A DNA stretch of 64,000 nt from Arenicellales bacterium. GTDB lineage: Bacteria; Pseudomonadota; Gammaproteobacteria; Arenicellales; Poriferihabitantaceae. Shown piece after piece: positions 7,337 through 17,509 of this stretch. The stretch's first letter is position 1, and every line of letters starts with the position of its first letter. Position numbers and translations under genes: made by a program. The stretch lies in assembly GCA_963665165.1 (NCBI GenBank), contig OY761989.1:1519734-1583733 (forward strand), written 5' to 3'. The notes beneath the pieces are model-generated. The model was not told the DNA's origin and did no database searches. It was given only the letters and a program-made list of their open reading frames with translations.

Positions 7337-8557
7337 TCACAACCCGTCCAGGGCCTGCTTCAGGTCGATGATCAGGTCTTCAGCCGATTCGAGTCCGGCG
7401 GAGAGCCGCACCAGGCCATCGGTGATTCCCGCCGCCATACGTTCTTCGCGAGGCATGTCGGCGTGGGTCATGGTGACCGAGTGGGTGACCAGGGATTCGA
7501 CGGAGCCGAGATTTTCGGCCAGGCTCCATAGTTGAAGCGTGTCCATCAGCTTTTTGCCGGAAGCGACCCCGCCTTTTACTTCGAACCAGAGCATGGAACC
7601 ATGGCCGCTGGCCTGCCGGTCCGCCAGTTCTTTTTGCGGGAAGGAATCCAGTCCGGGGTAAGCGACGCGCTCAACCATCGGATGGGTTTCAAGGAACGCG
7701 GCAATTTGAAGCGCATTGGCGGATTGCGCCTCGAGCCGCGTGCTCATGGTTTTGCACCCTTGCAGGGTATAGAACGCAACCATCGGGGACATGTTTGACC
7801 CGAGGCAGTTTCTGACGAACTTGATGTCCTCCAGGTGGGCTTCGCTTTCAGCGGTAATTGATCCGCCCACGCTGATATTGTGTCCTTCCATGAATTTGGT
7901 CGTGCTGTGAAGCGTAATATCCGCCCCCAGTTCCAGCGGACGCTGGTAGTAGGGCGTCAGGAATGTGTTGTCCACCACATGGGGAATTCCATTCGCCCTG
8001 GCAATTTCAGAAATCGCGACGATGTCAGTCAGCTTCAAAGTGGGGTTGGCCGGGGTTTCGGTAAAAATCAACCGGGTATTGCCGCGGATCGCCTCCTTGA
8101 CGTTGACCGGTTCCGACGTATCCACGAAGCTGGCTTGGAGGTTGAACCGGTTGAGCACTTTGGTCGTTACCCGGTGAGTGCCGCCATAAACCACATCGGA
8201 CAATATGACATGATCCCCTGCATTCAAGAGTCCCATCAGGGTACAACTGGTCGCCGCCATGCCGGTGGCGAAGCAGGCGCTGCCAAAGCCGCCTTCGAGG
8301 GCGGTTATCCGGTTTTCCAGGGCGACTACCGTCGGATTGCCCGATCGACTGTACGAATAACCCTTTTCCATGTACGTGTCGACCGATTCCTGCACGTAGG
8401 TGGTTGATTGGTAGATCGGTGTCAGGATTGCACCGGTAACCGGATCCGGGCTAACACCTGCGTGCACTTCCCTGGTTTTGAAGTCGGGTTGTCTGTCTTC
8501 GCTCATGGGCTTACTTCTATTGGGTGGTGTTAATAACATAGGCGGCGATTCTATCAC
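7337..8557 (-). CDS. Cys/Met-metabolism PLP-dependent enzyme (cystathionine gamma-synthase / gamma-lyase / sulfhydrylase family)
   Basis: Contains YSRSGNPT and the PLP-lysine motif HSTTKFMEGH, with family-typical length. The ORF-track start is a GTG at 8557. In-frame ATGs at 8539 or 8506 (MSEDRQ) are alternatives. Confidence 0.85.
   Translation of the reverse strand: MIESPPMLLTPPNRSKPMSEDRQPDFKTREVHAGVSPDPVTGAILTPIYQSTTYVQESVDTYMEKGYSYSRSGNPTVVALENRITALEGGFGSACFATGMAATSCTLMGLLNAGDHVILSDVVYGGTHRVTTKVLNRFNLQASFVDTSEPVNVKEAIRGNTRLIFTETPANPTLKLTDIVAISEIARANGIPHVVDNTFLTPYYQRPLELGADITLHSTTKFMEGHNISVGGSITAESEAHLEDIKFVRNCLGSNMSPMVAFYTLQGCKTMSTRLEAQSANALQIAAFLETHPMVERVAYPGLDSFPQKELADRQASGHGSMLWFEVKGGVASGKKLMDTLQLWSLAENLGSVESLVTHSVTMTHADMPREERMAAGITDGLVRLSAGLESAEDLIIDLKQALDGL
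7503..7707. repeat. Right copy of the duplicated segment (partner 1717-1920), inside the intact gene
   Basis: Same hand alignment as the left copy. Confidence 0.9.
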
Positions 8558-8644
8558 CTGTTTTCCGAACCGTGCATCTTGATCAAGGATATTCAGTCAG
8601 GGATGCCCTGATTGACCCCGGTCCCGGCAAAAAGGCCCAAAAGG

Positions 8645-10219
8645 TCAATCCTGGTTTTGACGGTGGAAATAATCTGCAAGAAAGGAGTCGAAAGATAATG
8701 CGTCACTTTCTTCGATTTTCTGGCGGGTGATATGCGATTGCTGTGCCAGCGAAACGTATTTCCGGTTGATCTCCCCGGACAGCGGTTCCTTCTTGAACTT
8801 GCTTTCGGATATTTCAGAGGCTTGCATGGAAAACTCATAAAAGCTCAATCCCTGGTCAAACATCCGGTTGATGATTCGGGCGGAAGGAGTGGCATTGGAA
8901 TCAGCCACTTTGGTAAATTGTTTTTCGAGAGTGGCCGAGTAATCATTGTGTCCATTCACCTGGTCCAGTAACCGGGCAATCGGGGATATCCTGTTCAGCA
9001 ACGTGTTCATTTGTTCACGGGCGTTTACGCTACCCCCGGACAACTGGATGGTTGACTGTCTGTCCCTGCCGTACATGACCATGGTTTGCTGGTTTTTTCG
9101 GGTTATGGAAAATTCTTCCGGGGTCATCTCCGGACTGTCCTCAAACAGGCAATACAACAGGAACAGGTCAAAAAACCGGACACAATCCCCATGAATTCCA
9201 ATGGGTTCAAACGGATTCAGGTCAATGCTGCGAACTTCAACGTATTGCACTCCCTGGTTTTTCAATATGCTGGACGGGCTTTGTCCGGAAGGAGTGACCC
9301 GCTTGGGCCGGATTGAAGAATAGAATTCATTCTCGATCTGCAGGAGGTTCGCGTTCAACTGCTGATAACCATTCACGGTCTTCACCCCTGTCTTCTGGTA
9401 CTCGGGGTGAGGGGTCAGGATGGCGTGGCGTAACGATTTCACAAAATCGTGGACGCTGTTATAACTGATTTGAATGCCGGCTTGCGCTTCGTTGCTGTAC
9501 CCAAGCCCACTTAAACGTAATGACGTTGCATCGGGCGCAAAAAAACTATGTCCTTCCATCTCCTTGAGCTGGTGTTCCCGGCCTCTCAAAAAGGACCTGC
9601 ATACCGCAGGGGAGGCGCCGAACAGATAGGTCGCAATCCAGGAATTCCTGTGAAAATTCCGGATCAGGTCAAAATACTTTCCCGATGTGGCATCCTGAAG
9701 CTGTTGCCCATCATCCAGTCCAAGGTAATCCTTCCAGAACAGTTCGGGCATGGAAAAGTTGAAATGGATTCCGGAAACGGTCTGCATCAACGAGCCGTAC
9801 CGGTGGCTTAACCCCTGCCGGTAGACTTCCTTCATTTTCGCGATGTTGGAACTGCCGTACCTGGCAATCGGAATTTTTTCCTCGCTCTGTACGATGCAGG
9901 GCATACTGTTGACCCACAGCTTTTCTTCGCCGATATGCTGATAGGTGAAATGGTGGATGTCGTAGAGTTCCTTCAGGAGGTCATGGATATTGTCATGCAC
10001 GCCGGTGATGAATTCCAGCAGGGATTCGGAATAATCCGTCGTGATCGAGGGATGGGTCAGGCTTGATCCAATGGCCCGGGGATGGGGGGTTTGTGCCAGT
10101 GTCCCGTCCACAGCCACACGCAGGCTCTCTTTCTCCAGCCCTCTTTGCAGATGTTTCAAATGTTTGTCGATGGACCGGGATACCAGAAAATCCAGTGTCT
10201 TTTCTATTGTTGTTGTCAC
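8645..10219 (-). CDS. gshA: Glutamate-cysteine ligase
   Basis: 524 aa. LQRGLEKESLRVAVDGTLAQTPHPRAIGSSLTHPSITTDYSESLLEFITG closely parallels the N-terminus of proteobacterial GshA. Confidence 0.9.
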   Translation of the reverse strand: MTTTIEKTLDFLVSRSIDKHLKHLQRGLEKESLRVAVDGTLAQTPHPRAIGSSLTHPSITTDYSESLLEFITGVHDNIHDLLKELYDIHHFTYQHIGEEKLWVNSMPCIVQSEEKIPIARYGSSNIAKMKEVYRQGLSHRYGSLMQTVSGIHFNFSMPELFWKDYLGLDDGQQLQDATSGKYFDLIRNFHRNSWIATYLFGASPAVCRSFLRGREHQLKEMEGHSFFAPDATSLRLSGLGYSNEAQAGIQISYNSVHDFVKSLRHAILTPHPEYQKTGVKTVNGYQQLNANLLQIENEFYSSIRPKRVTPSGQSPSSILKNQGVQYVEVRSIDLNPFEPIGIHGDCVRFFDLFLLYCLFEDSPEMTPEEFSITRKNQQTMVMYGRDRQSTIQLSGGSVNAREQMNTLLNRISPIARLLDQVNGHNDYSATLEKQFTKVADSNATPSARIINRMFDQGLSFYEFSMQASEISESKFKKEPLSGEINRKYVSLAQQSHITRQKIEESDALSFDSFLADYFHRQNQD

Positions 10220-10308
10220 TTGGCGTTGATTCCTTTATGAATAAATGATTCATGTTGAGACCACGGTGAACCTGAATCAGGTGGCAGCATGGTAAAATCG
10301 GGAGCGCC

Positions 10309-11364
10309 ATGATTGCATCACCCTTACGTAAATCTTTCTCGGTTGCGCCCATGCTCGACATGACGGACCGGCACTGCCGTTCATTCTTGCGGCTCTTTTC
10401 ACGGAATTTCAGATTGTATACAGAAATGAAAGTGGCCGGTTCGATTATTTATGGAGACCGGGAGCGATTTCTCGGATTTGACAGCACAGAGCATCCTCTG
10501 GCGTTGCAGATTGGAGGGTGTGAACCGGACCAACTCGCGTTTTGCGCGAAACTGGCCGAACAATGGGGCTATGATGAGGTCAACCTCAACGTGGGGTGTC
10601 CGAGTGACCGGGTGCAAAATGCGCAATTCGGAGCCTGTTTGATGGCAAAGCCCGGGCTGGTCGCAAAATGTGTGGAATCCATGGTCAACGCTGTAGCCAT
10701 TCCGGTTTCGGTGAAAACCCGGATTGGAATCGATGACATGGACAGTTACCGGAACCTGTCGGATTTTGTCGGCCAGGTGGCTGGAGGCGGATGCGAAACC
10801 TTTATCATTCACGCGCGCAAAGCCTGGCTGAAAGGCTTGAGTCCGAAAGAAAACCGGACGATCCCTCCCCTCGACCATGCTGTGGTGTACAGGCTCAAGA
10901 CAGAATACCCGGAATTGAATATCATCATTAACGGCGGTATCTGCAACGCCGGCCAGATTGCGACTCATTTGCGATACACGGATGGCGTCATGATGGGCAG
11001 GGAGGTGTACCGGAACCCCTGGATATTGAGAGAGATCGACCAGCGTTTCTTCGGCAGCCAGGGCGGGCCGGTTTCGCAATTCGACGAATTCCTGCTGCGC
11101 GGCGACCTGATTCGCGCATTCTTTCCCTACATTGAAAACCAGCTCACCAAAGGCGCTTGTCTACGGCATATCACCAGGCATATACTGGGGCTTTATCACG
11201 GTCAACCCGGCGCCAGAATCTGGAGGCGGCACTTGTCCACGTACGGCCCCGGAAAAAACGCAGGGCTTGAAGTGGTTCAACAGGCGTTGAAACTGGTGGA
11301 AGATTCAGCACAAATCAATCCGGTGTTTGACCCGCGCCGAACGGGGTTAGCGGCCTATGCCTGA
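10309..11364 (+). CDS. dusA: tRNA dihydrouridine synthase A
   Basis: SVAPMLDMTDRHCR...LYTEM...NLNVGCPSDRV is typical of DusA. Confidence 0.9.
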   Translation: MIASPLRKSFSVAPMLDMTDRHCRSFLRLFSRNFRLYTEMKVAGSIIYGDRERFLGFDSTEHPLALQIGGCEPDQLAFCAKLAEQWGYDEVNLNVGCPSDRVQNAQFGACLMAKPGLVAKCVESMVNAVAIPVSVKTRIGIDDMDSYRNLSDFVGQVAGGGCETFIIHARKAWLKGLSPKENRTIPPLDHAVVYRLKTEYPELNIIINGGICNAGQIATHLRYTDGVMMGREVYRNPWILREIDQRFFGSQGGPVSQFDEFLLRGDLIRAFFPYIENQLTKGACLRHITRHILGLYHGQPGARIWRRHLSTYGPGKNAGLEVVQQALKLVEDSAQINPVFDPRRTGLAAYA

Positions 11365-12151
11365 CTATCCGGATTTCGAGACACTGCTGAGGGTGGTTCC
11401 TTTCCTCTCTATACTGGCCTTGCTGGTTGTCTGGGAGTGGACTCTCCCCAGGAGGGCAGAATCCGGACGTTTGTTGCGATGGCCGTCCAATTTCGGGATT
11501 TTCCTGATTGATGTGGTCATGCTGGTCGCGTTACCGGTCTCTGCGATAACGGCCGCCCTGGTCTCGATAGAATACAAATTCGGTCTGTTTTTCTGGATCG
11601 AGGCCCCATTCTGGCCGAAAGTCATTTTCTGCCTGATCGCGCTCGATCTGCTGGTTTACTGGCAACATCGATTGTTTCACCAGTTTCACGTATTGTGGCG
11701 TATTCATCGTATGCACCATACCGATACCGCTTTTGACGTCACCACTGCCCTGCGTTTTCATCCAATAGAAATATTCCTGTCCATACTGCTGAAAGCGGGC
11801 CTGATCATCCTGCTTGGAGCCCCGGTACTGGCTGTCATTCTGTTTGAAATCATATTGAACGGCGCCGCCATGTTCAATCACAGCAACATTCGCATTCCAC
11901 TATGGCTGGACCGGATCGTTCGCTGGGTGATCGTCACTCCCGACATGCACAGGGTGCACCATTCCATTCACAAAAAGGAATACAGTCATAATTTCGGGTT
12001 TTCCCTGTCTGTCTGGGACCGGCTTTTCCGCAGTTATACCCCTCAACCTGAAGACGGGCATCAGACCATGGTCATCGGGCTGGATGTATTCAACGACCCC
12101 GAAGAGGCCAGGCTCGATAAACTGATCAGCCAGCCGTTCAGGAACGCATAG
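11357..12151 (+). CDS. Fatty acid hydroxylase / sterol desaturase family membrane protein
   Basis: Histidine boxes HRLFH, HRMHH and HRVHH sit within a multi-TM protein. Confidence 0.8.
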   Translation: MPDYPDFETLLRVVPFLSILALLVVWEWTLPRRAESGRLLRWPSNFGIFLIDVVMLVALPVSAITAALVSIEYKFGLFFWIEAPFWPKVIFCLIALDLLVYWQHRLFHQFHVLWRIHRMHHTDTAFDVTTALRFHPIEIFLSILLKAGLIILLGAPVLAVILFEIILNGAAMFNHSNIRIPLWLDRIVRWVIVTPDMHRVHHSIHKKEYSHNFGFSLSVWDRLFRSYTPQPEDGHQTMVIGLDVFNDPEEARLDKLISQPFRNA

Positions 12152-12163
12152 TTACGCCAGAAA

Positions 12164-12427
12164 ATGCCGATTCATCCGGAATTGCTCAAGGCGCTGGTCT
12201 GTCCCGTTACCAAACTGCCTGTTTCCATGCTGGATTCGAACAGGCTGGAAAAACTGAATCGCCTGATCGATGACGGCTCGGTCGAAACCCTGGGAGGCCA
12301 CCCCGTTACCGAACCTCTGACAGAAGCGCTGATCACCCGAAACAATAAAACCATTTACCGCATCAAGCAGGGGATACCGGTCATGCTGGAGGATCAGGCC
12401 ATGGCCGCGGAACAGATTGCGGGATAA
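12164..12427 (+). CDS. Trm112 / UPF0434 family small protein
   Basis: 87 aa with LLKALVCPVTK near the N-terminus and GIPVML near the C-terminus. Confidence 0.7.
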   Translation: MPIHPELLKALVCPVTKLPVSMLDSNRLEKLNRLIDDGSVETLGGHPVTEPLTEALITRNNKTIYRIKQGIPVMLEDQAMAAEQIAG

Positions 12428-12516
12428 CCAGAATTGCGATCCGTATCCTGACGGTTGCCAAATCCTGAAATTATCCGTAAAGTAAAATCGGAATTATACA
12501 AAACGAGAGTCGAATC

Positions 12517-14451
12517 ATGTCCAAAGATAAAGTCTATGAGGTAAACCGTGATATTGCCGCCAAGGCCCATGTAACAGACGCGCAATATCTGGAGATGTAT
12601 CAGAAATCCATCGACGACCCGGAGAGTTTCTGGGCGGAGCAGGCAGAAAATTTTGTGGACTGGTTCAGCCCCTGGGATCATGTGATGTCGGTCGATTATC
12701 ACTCGGCGCATATCGAATGGTTCACTGGCGGGAAACTCAATGCCTGCTACAACTGTGTTGACCGGCACTTGCCTACCCGTGGAGACCAGGTTGCGATTAT
12801 TTGGGAAGGGGACGATCCGAATGTTGATATGTCAATTACTTACAATCATCTATTCGAGCTGGTCTGCAGGTTTTCGAATGTCCTGAAATCCCGCGGTGTG
12901 CACAAGGGGGACCGGGTTTCAATCTACATGCCGATGATCCCGGAAGCCGCGGTGGCGATGCTGGCCTGCGCGAGAATCGGCGCCATCCACTCGATTGTTT
13001 TCGGCGGCTTCTCTCCGGACGCGCTGCGTGACCGCATCCTGGATTCGGATTGCCAGGTGGTCATTACCGCGGACGAGGGGCCGCGCGGCGGTAAAAACGT
13101 ACCGCTCAAGGAAAATGTGGAAAAGGCGCTTGAAGGATGCCCGAACGTGCATACGACCATTGTCGTCCGGCGAACCGGCAATCCGGTCACGGCCAGCCCC
13201 GAGCGGGACGTGTGGTACCACGAGGCCATGAATGACGCTCCCACTGAGTGTCCGCCGGAGCGCATGGACGCGGAAGATCCATTATTCATTCTGTATACCT
13301 CGGGTTCCACCGGAAAACCCAAGGGAGTTCTCCATACCACGGGCGGCTACCAGCTTTATGCCGCCATGACCCATAAGTACGTATTCGACTACCATGACGG
13401 GGATGTCTACTGGTGTACCGCCGATGTGGGCTGGGTGACGGGGCACAGCTATATTATCTATGGTCCCCTGGCCAATGGCGCGATCACCATGATGTTCGAA
13501 GGGGTGCCTGTTTATCCGGACGCGGGACGATTCTGGCAAATTGTCGACAAACACAAGGTCAATATTTTCTATACCGCGCCTACTGCCCTGAGAGCCCTGA
13601 TGGCGCAAGGGGACAGTTGGGTCAAGCGTTCGAGCCGAAGCAGTCTGCGGATATTGGGTACGGTCGGCGAACCGATCAATCCTGAAGCATGGGAGTGGTA
13701 CTATCATGTGGTCGGGGAGGGCAAATGCCCGATTGCCGATACCTGGTGGCAAACGGAAACCGGAGGTATCCTGATCGCTCCGCTGCCCGGCGCGACACGC
13801 CTGAAACCCGGCTCGGCCACCCGTCCCTTTTTCGGTATCCAGCCGGCCCTGGTGGATGCGGACGGCGCTGAACAGGAAGGAGCGACTTCCGGGGACCTGA
13901 TCATCAAGCAATCCTGGCCCGGACAGATGCGCACGGTATACGGCGATCATCAGCGCTTTATAGACACTTATTTCAAAACCTATCCCGGCAACTATTTCAC
14001 CGGAGACGGCGCGCGGCGGGATGAAGATGGATACTGGTGGATTACCGGGCGCGTGGACGATGTGATCAACGTTTCGGGGCATAGAATGGGGACCGCTGAA
14101 GTCGAGAGCGCCCTGGTGCTGCATGAAGACGTGGCCGAGGCCGCGGTCGTCGGATATCCCCACGATATCAAGGGGCAGGGCATTTATGCCTATGTGACCC
14201 TGATGGTGGGCACGGAACCTTCGGACGAACTGCATACGGAATTGACCGCCATGGTCAACAAGGAGATCGGACCGATTGCAAAGCCCGATGTCATCCAGTG
14301 GGCGCCCGGCCTGCCGAAAACCCGGTCCGGTAAAATCATGCGTCGTATCCTGAGGAAAATTGCCGCAGAAGAATTTGAAGACCTGGGGGATACCAGTACC
14401 CTGGCCGATCCTGCCGTAGTCGATGACCTGATCGGGAACAGGGCAGGGTAG
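12517..14451 (+). CDS. acs: Acetyl-CoA synthetase
   Basis: 644 aa with the AMP-binding motif [19 protein letters not shown] and a C-terminal SGKIMRR. Confidence 0.93.
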   Translation: MSKDKVYEVNRDIAAKAHVTDAQYLEMYQKSIDDPESFWAEQAENFVDWFSPWDHVMSVDYHSAHIEWFTGGKLNACYNCVDRHLPTRGDQVAIIWEGDDPNVDMSITYNHLFELVCRFSNVLKSRGVHKGDRVSIYMPMIPEAAVAMLACARIGAIHSIVFGGFSPDALRDRILDSDCQVVITADEGPRGGKNVPLKENVEKALEGCPNVHTTIVVRRTGNPVTASPERDVWYHEAMNDAPTECPPERMDAEDPLFILYTSGSTGKPKGVLHTTGGYQLYAAMTHKYVFDYHDGDVYWCTADVGWVTGHSYIIYGPLANGAITMMFEGVPVYPDAGRFWQIVDKHKVNIFYTAPTALRALMAQGDSWVKRSSRSSLRILGTVGEPINPEAWEWYYHVVGEGKCPIADTWWQTETGGILIAPLPGATRLKPGSATRPFFGIQPALVDADGAEQEGATSGDLIIKQSWPGQMRTVYGDHQRFIDTYFKTYPGNYFTGDGARRDEDGYWWITGRVDDVINVSGHRMGTAEVESALVLHEDVAEAAVVGYPHDIKGQGIYAYVTLMVGTEPSDELHTELTAMVNKEIGPIAKPDVIQWAPGLPKTRSGKIMRRILRKIAAEEFEDLGDTSTLADPAVVDDLIGNRAG

Positions 14452-14475
14452 GACTCCCCCGGAATTGCAGACCGG

Positions 14476-15240
14476 TTACAGCCGGGATTCGATGAGTTGA
14501 ACCAGTTCACCCGGCTTTTCCACATGCAGCCAATGACCGCAATCCCCGATTGACCGGATTTCGGCATTCGGGAACAGGCTGTGGATCCGGGCATGATGCC
14601 CCGGCAGGACATAATCCGATTGTTCGCCCCGGATGAATACGATCCTGGAATCTGAGATTGCAGTCTCTTCATAATCAATCAGATACCGGATATTATTACG
14701 AATTGACTTCAGGTTTATCCTCCATTCGTACCGGTCTTTGGTTCTGGCCAGATTCTGCATCAGGTACTGCCGCAGTGCGTTTTCGGAAATGGACCGGGCG
14801 AGTTGCGTGTCAATCTCTTTCCTGGTTTTCAGCCCGGTCAGGTCCACGGCCTCCATGGCGCCGAGCAGGGCGCTGTGATCATGATCGTAATGGACCGGCG
14901 CTATATCAATCACGAAAGAGCGGTCAATCCCGATACTGAAACGCTGCAGAAGGGTCATCAGCGTTTTTCCGCCCATACTATGACCAATTACGTGAGGATT
15001 TTGTATCGAACCGGACTCCATAAAGGCCGCGACATCCCCGGCCAGATCAACATATCGCATGTTTTCATGCCAGGGAGACCGGCCGTGATTTCGAAGATCA
15101 AGGCTGATCACCCGGTAATTGCCAGCAAAGTACCGGGCAATGCTCCGCCAGTTGGCAATCGAACCGAACAGTCCGTGAAGAATCAGGATGGTTTTCCCGT
15201 TTTCCTGACCGAGAACTTCGCTGTTAAGTGGAACATGCAC
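14476..15240 (-). CDS. Alpha/beta hydrolase (YbfF-like esterase)
   Basis: LILHGLFGS, LDLRNHGRS and the nucleophile elbow GHSMGG. Confidence 0.8.
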   Translation of the reverse strand: MHVPLNSEVLGQENGKTILILHGLFGSIANWRSIARYFAGNYRVISLDLRNHGRSPWHENMRYVDLAGDVAAFMESGSIQNPHVIGHSMGGKTLMTLLQRFSIGIDRSFVIDIAPVHYDHDHSALLGAMEAVDLTGLKTRKEIDTQLARSISENALRQYLMQNLARTKDRYEWRINLKSIRNNIRYLIDYEETAISDSRIVFIRGEQSDYVLPGHHARIHSLFPNAEIRSIGDCGHWLHVEKPGELVQLIESRL

Positions 15241-15353
15241 GGGTTTGACTGCTCAATAAGTATCCATTCGAAGCGTTTTCCATGTTAGTTTAACCGACAC
15301 TTCCGGTTGGTAGTAGCCGGTTTTTATTTCAGAACCTTGAGAGACCTGCCAGA

Positions 15354-16367
15354 ATGAAACAGAATCAGGAAAACACAGCGGGACGCGGCTTGTTTCACTG
15401 TCCGTCCACCTTTATGGGAGTCCCTTCCTCAACGGATGCAAGCCAAAGCGGAGCCGCGATCCTGGGCATTCCCTTTGATTGCGGCACCCACCCGGTCCGG
15501 ATCGGGGCGCGGTACGGCCCGAACGCGATTCGGGAACAATCGGCGCTGGTGCGTCCCTGGCAGCCGCCGCACGCCGATTTCAATCCGCTGGAAAGGCTTC
15601 AGGTAGTGGATTGCGGCAATGTAGATGTCATACCCAGCGTGATCGGAGAATCTTTCGAGCGGATTGAGTATGCTGTATCAGAAGTTGCCGGGGCAGGGGC
15701 CGTCCCCATTACCATGGGGGGGGATGGCGCGGTAACCCTGCCGCAACTCCGTGCGCTGCACGCACACTACCCGGACCTCGTCGTTCTGCACATTGACGCC
15801 CACACGGATACTTTCCCGGGTGATGGAGACGCGCCTCATCATCGGTACAATACGGCGACCACCTTTACCCGCGCCGCCGAAGAAGGGGTCATTGATACTG
15901 GAAACTCAATCCATGTCGGCCCCAGGGGGACACTCTCGCAGCCCGAAGTGTTCGAACATACCCGCAAATATGGTTACGAACTCATAGATGGCCATGAACT
16001 GTACAGCCGCGGATTCAAGGATGTGGTCGCGCATATCCATGACCGCATGAACGGCCGGCCGGTTTACCTTTGTTTCGATATGGATTTCTTCGATCCATCC
16101 TGCGCTCCGGGAGTATGCACTCCCACATGGGGCGGGGCCAGCGCCCGCGAGGGATTATCCCTGCTGCAAGGTCTGGCAGGACTGAATCTGGTGGCCGTGG
16201 ATGTAAATACAGTAAGCCCGCCACACGATACAGGCGGAATGACCGCCTTTCTGGCGGGAACAGTCATGCTGGAATGTATGACTCTCGTCTGCCTGGGTTC
16301 CCGGGTGACTGATGATTTTATGGAAGAGCGCGCTTCCCGGGAACAGTCTGAGCGGGAAGCATTGTGA
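15354..16367 (+). CDS. Arginase-family ureohydrolase (agmatinase / guanidino-acid hydrolase type) with a foreign C-terminal tail
   Basis: Metal-binding motifs GGDG, HIDAHTD and FDMDFFDP. The last 20 or so residues (VTDDFMEERASREQSEREAL) look like a VapB antitoxin C-terminus rather than arginase-family sequence. Confidence 0.85.
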   Translation: MKQNQENTAGRGLFHCPSTFMGVPSSTDASQSGAAILGIPFDCGTHPVRIGARYGPNAIREQSALVRPWQPPHADFNPLERLQVVDCGNVDVIPSVIGESFERIEYAVSEVAGAGAVPITMGGDGAVTLPQLRALHAHYPDLVVLHIDAHTDTFPGDGDAPHHRYNTATTFTRAAEEGVIDTGNSIHVGPRGTLSQPEVFEHTRKYGYELIDGHELYSRGFKDVVAHIHDRMNGRPVYLCFDMDFFDPSCAPGVCTPTWGGASAREGLSLLQGLAGLNLVAVDVNTVSPPHDTGGMTAFLAGTVMLECMTLVCLGSRVTDDFMEERASREQSEREAL

Positions 16368-16525
16368 TGTTGAAATACATGCTCGATACCCATATTATCA
16401 TTGATGTAATCAAGCGACGCCCAGTGGAAGTATTGGCAACCTTACCGAACGGTTCCGGCAGGTCCTTGACTATCTGGACGGTTTCGACGCTGACATGGAC
16501 GATTCGGCAGAGCAGGGCGTCCTAA
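16367..16525 (+). pseudogene. vapC: Truncated vapC (PIN-domain toxin) remnant
   Basis: The ATG overlaps the upstream TGA (TGATG). The first 24 or so aa, MLKYMLDTHIIIDVIKRRPVEVLA, match the conserved VapC N-terminus (MLKFMLDTNICI..IK..P). Similarity is then lost, an ERFRQ-like piece appears in another frame, and the ORF is only 52 aa against roughly 130 expected. Confidence 0.7.
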
Positions 16526-17289
16526 TCCCCAAGCAAAGCGCGGACCATCAGGATTACCGACAGGAGCAACAGGACATAGAGTGAGATTTTCCTGAATTTG
16601 TCGGGGTCGGTTTTCAGGAATCCCTTGCTGCCGAGCGCCGACCCAAGGAAAAGCAGTGGCAGGAACAACGCGGTTCGCCAGTATATCGCGGGGTCGATCA
16701 GGCCCTGTGAGGCGAACATGAGCGTTCCGACGCTGTCGGTGCCGATGAAGTAGGTGATGACCGAGGCGCGGCCTACCGTCATACCGACCGGTGACGAAAA
16801 GTAGAACAGTACGACCGGTGGGCCGACAATGCCCATGCTGCCGTTCAGTACGCCCGCCGCCATGCCGACCCCGACCGTGGCGGTCTTGCCCGGGACCTTC
16901 GAAAGCGAGAAGCCGCGCAGGATCATGATTGCGGAGTAAAGGACGACCAGGGCTAATGCGATACGTACCGGCGCAGCCGGTAACGTGGTCAGGGCGTAAA
17001 TTCCGGCCGGGGTTGCGATCCAGGTGCCTGCAAGCAATAAACCGATGGAGCGCCAGTCGATCTTTTTCCAGATTCCGGGAAGAAGGTAAACACTCGATAC
17101 GACTTCGAACATCAATACCATCGGCACCAGCTGGAGCGGCGGAAGCACAAGGGAGAGGCTGGTCATCCAGAACATGGAGGCGCCGAATCCGGTAAACCCT
17201 TTGAGGTAGCCGCCAAGGAAAACGCAAACCAGGCAGAAGGCCAGTGTAAGAGGGGATAGTCCGACCGTGGCAAGAACCTGGTTGATCAT
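16522..17289 (-). CDS. TauE/SafE family sulfite/anion exporter
   Basis: 255-aa polytopic membrane protein with the Gly-rich TM pattern typical of this family. Confidence 0.7.
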   Translation of the reverse strand: MINQVLATVGLSPLTLAFCLVCVFLGGYLKGFTGFGASMFWMTSLSLVLPPLQLVPMVLMFEVVSSVYLLPGIWKKIDWRSIGLLLAGTWIATPAGIYALTTLPAAPVRIALALVVLYSAIMILRGFSLSKVPGKTATVGVGMAAGVLNGSMGIVGPPVVLFYFSSPVGMTVGRASVITYFIGTDSVGTLMFASQGLIDPAIYWRTALFLPLLFLGSALGSKGFLKTDPDKFRKISLYVLLLLSVILMVRALLGD

Positions 17290-17509
17290 GATGGAATTCC
17301 GGTCGCGGTCAGCGTCGACCTTCCGGTTCAGGCAATTCCAGGCATTCTATGCTGTATTTATACATTACTTTACATAACATACATTATGCGAAATTCATTT
17401 ATTGGAGGGGAAATGTTTGAGCAGTATCCAGACCAAGGATTGTTTAAAATAAATTACTATTTAAATACAATAAATTATGGATAACAATAAAAGTCATATG
17501 GAGAAACAG

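Noticed and set aside
10255-10308. A TGGTAAAAT extended -10-like element just before dusA.
   Set aside because: It sits only about 13 nt from the ATG and has no well-spaced -35. I could not support a promoter call.
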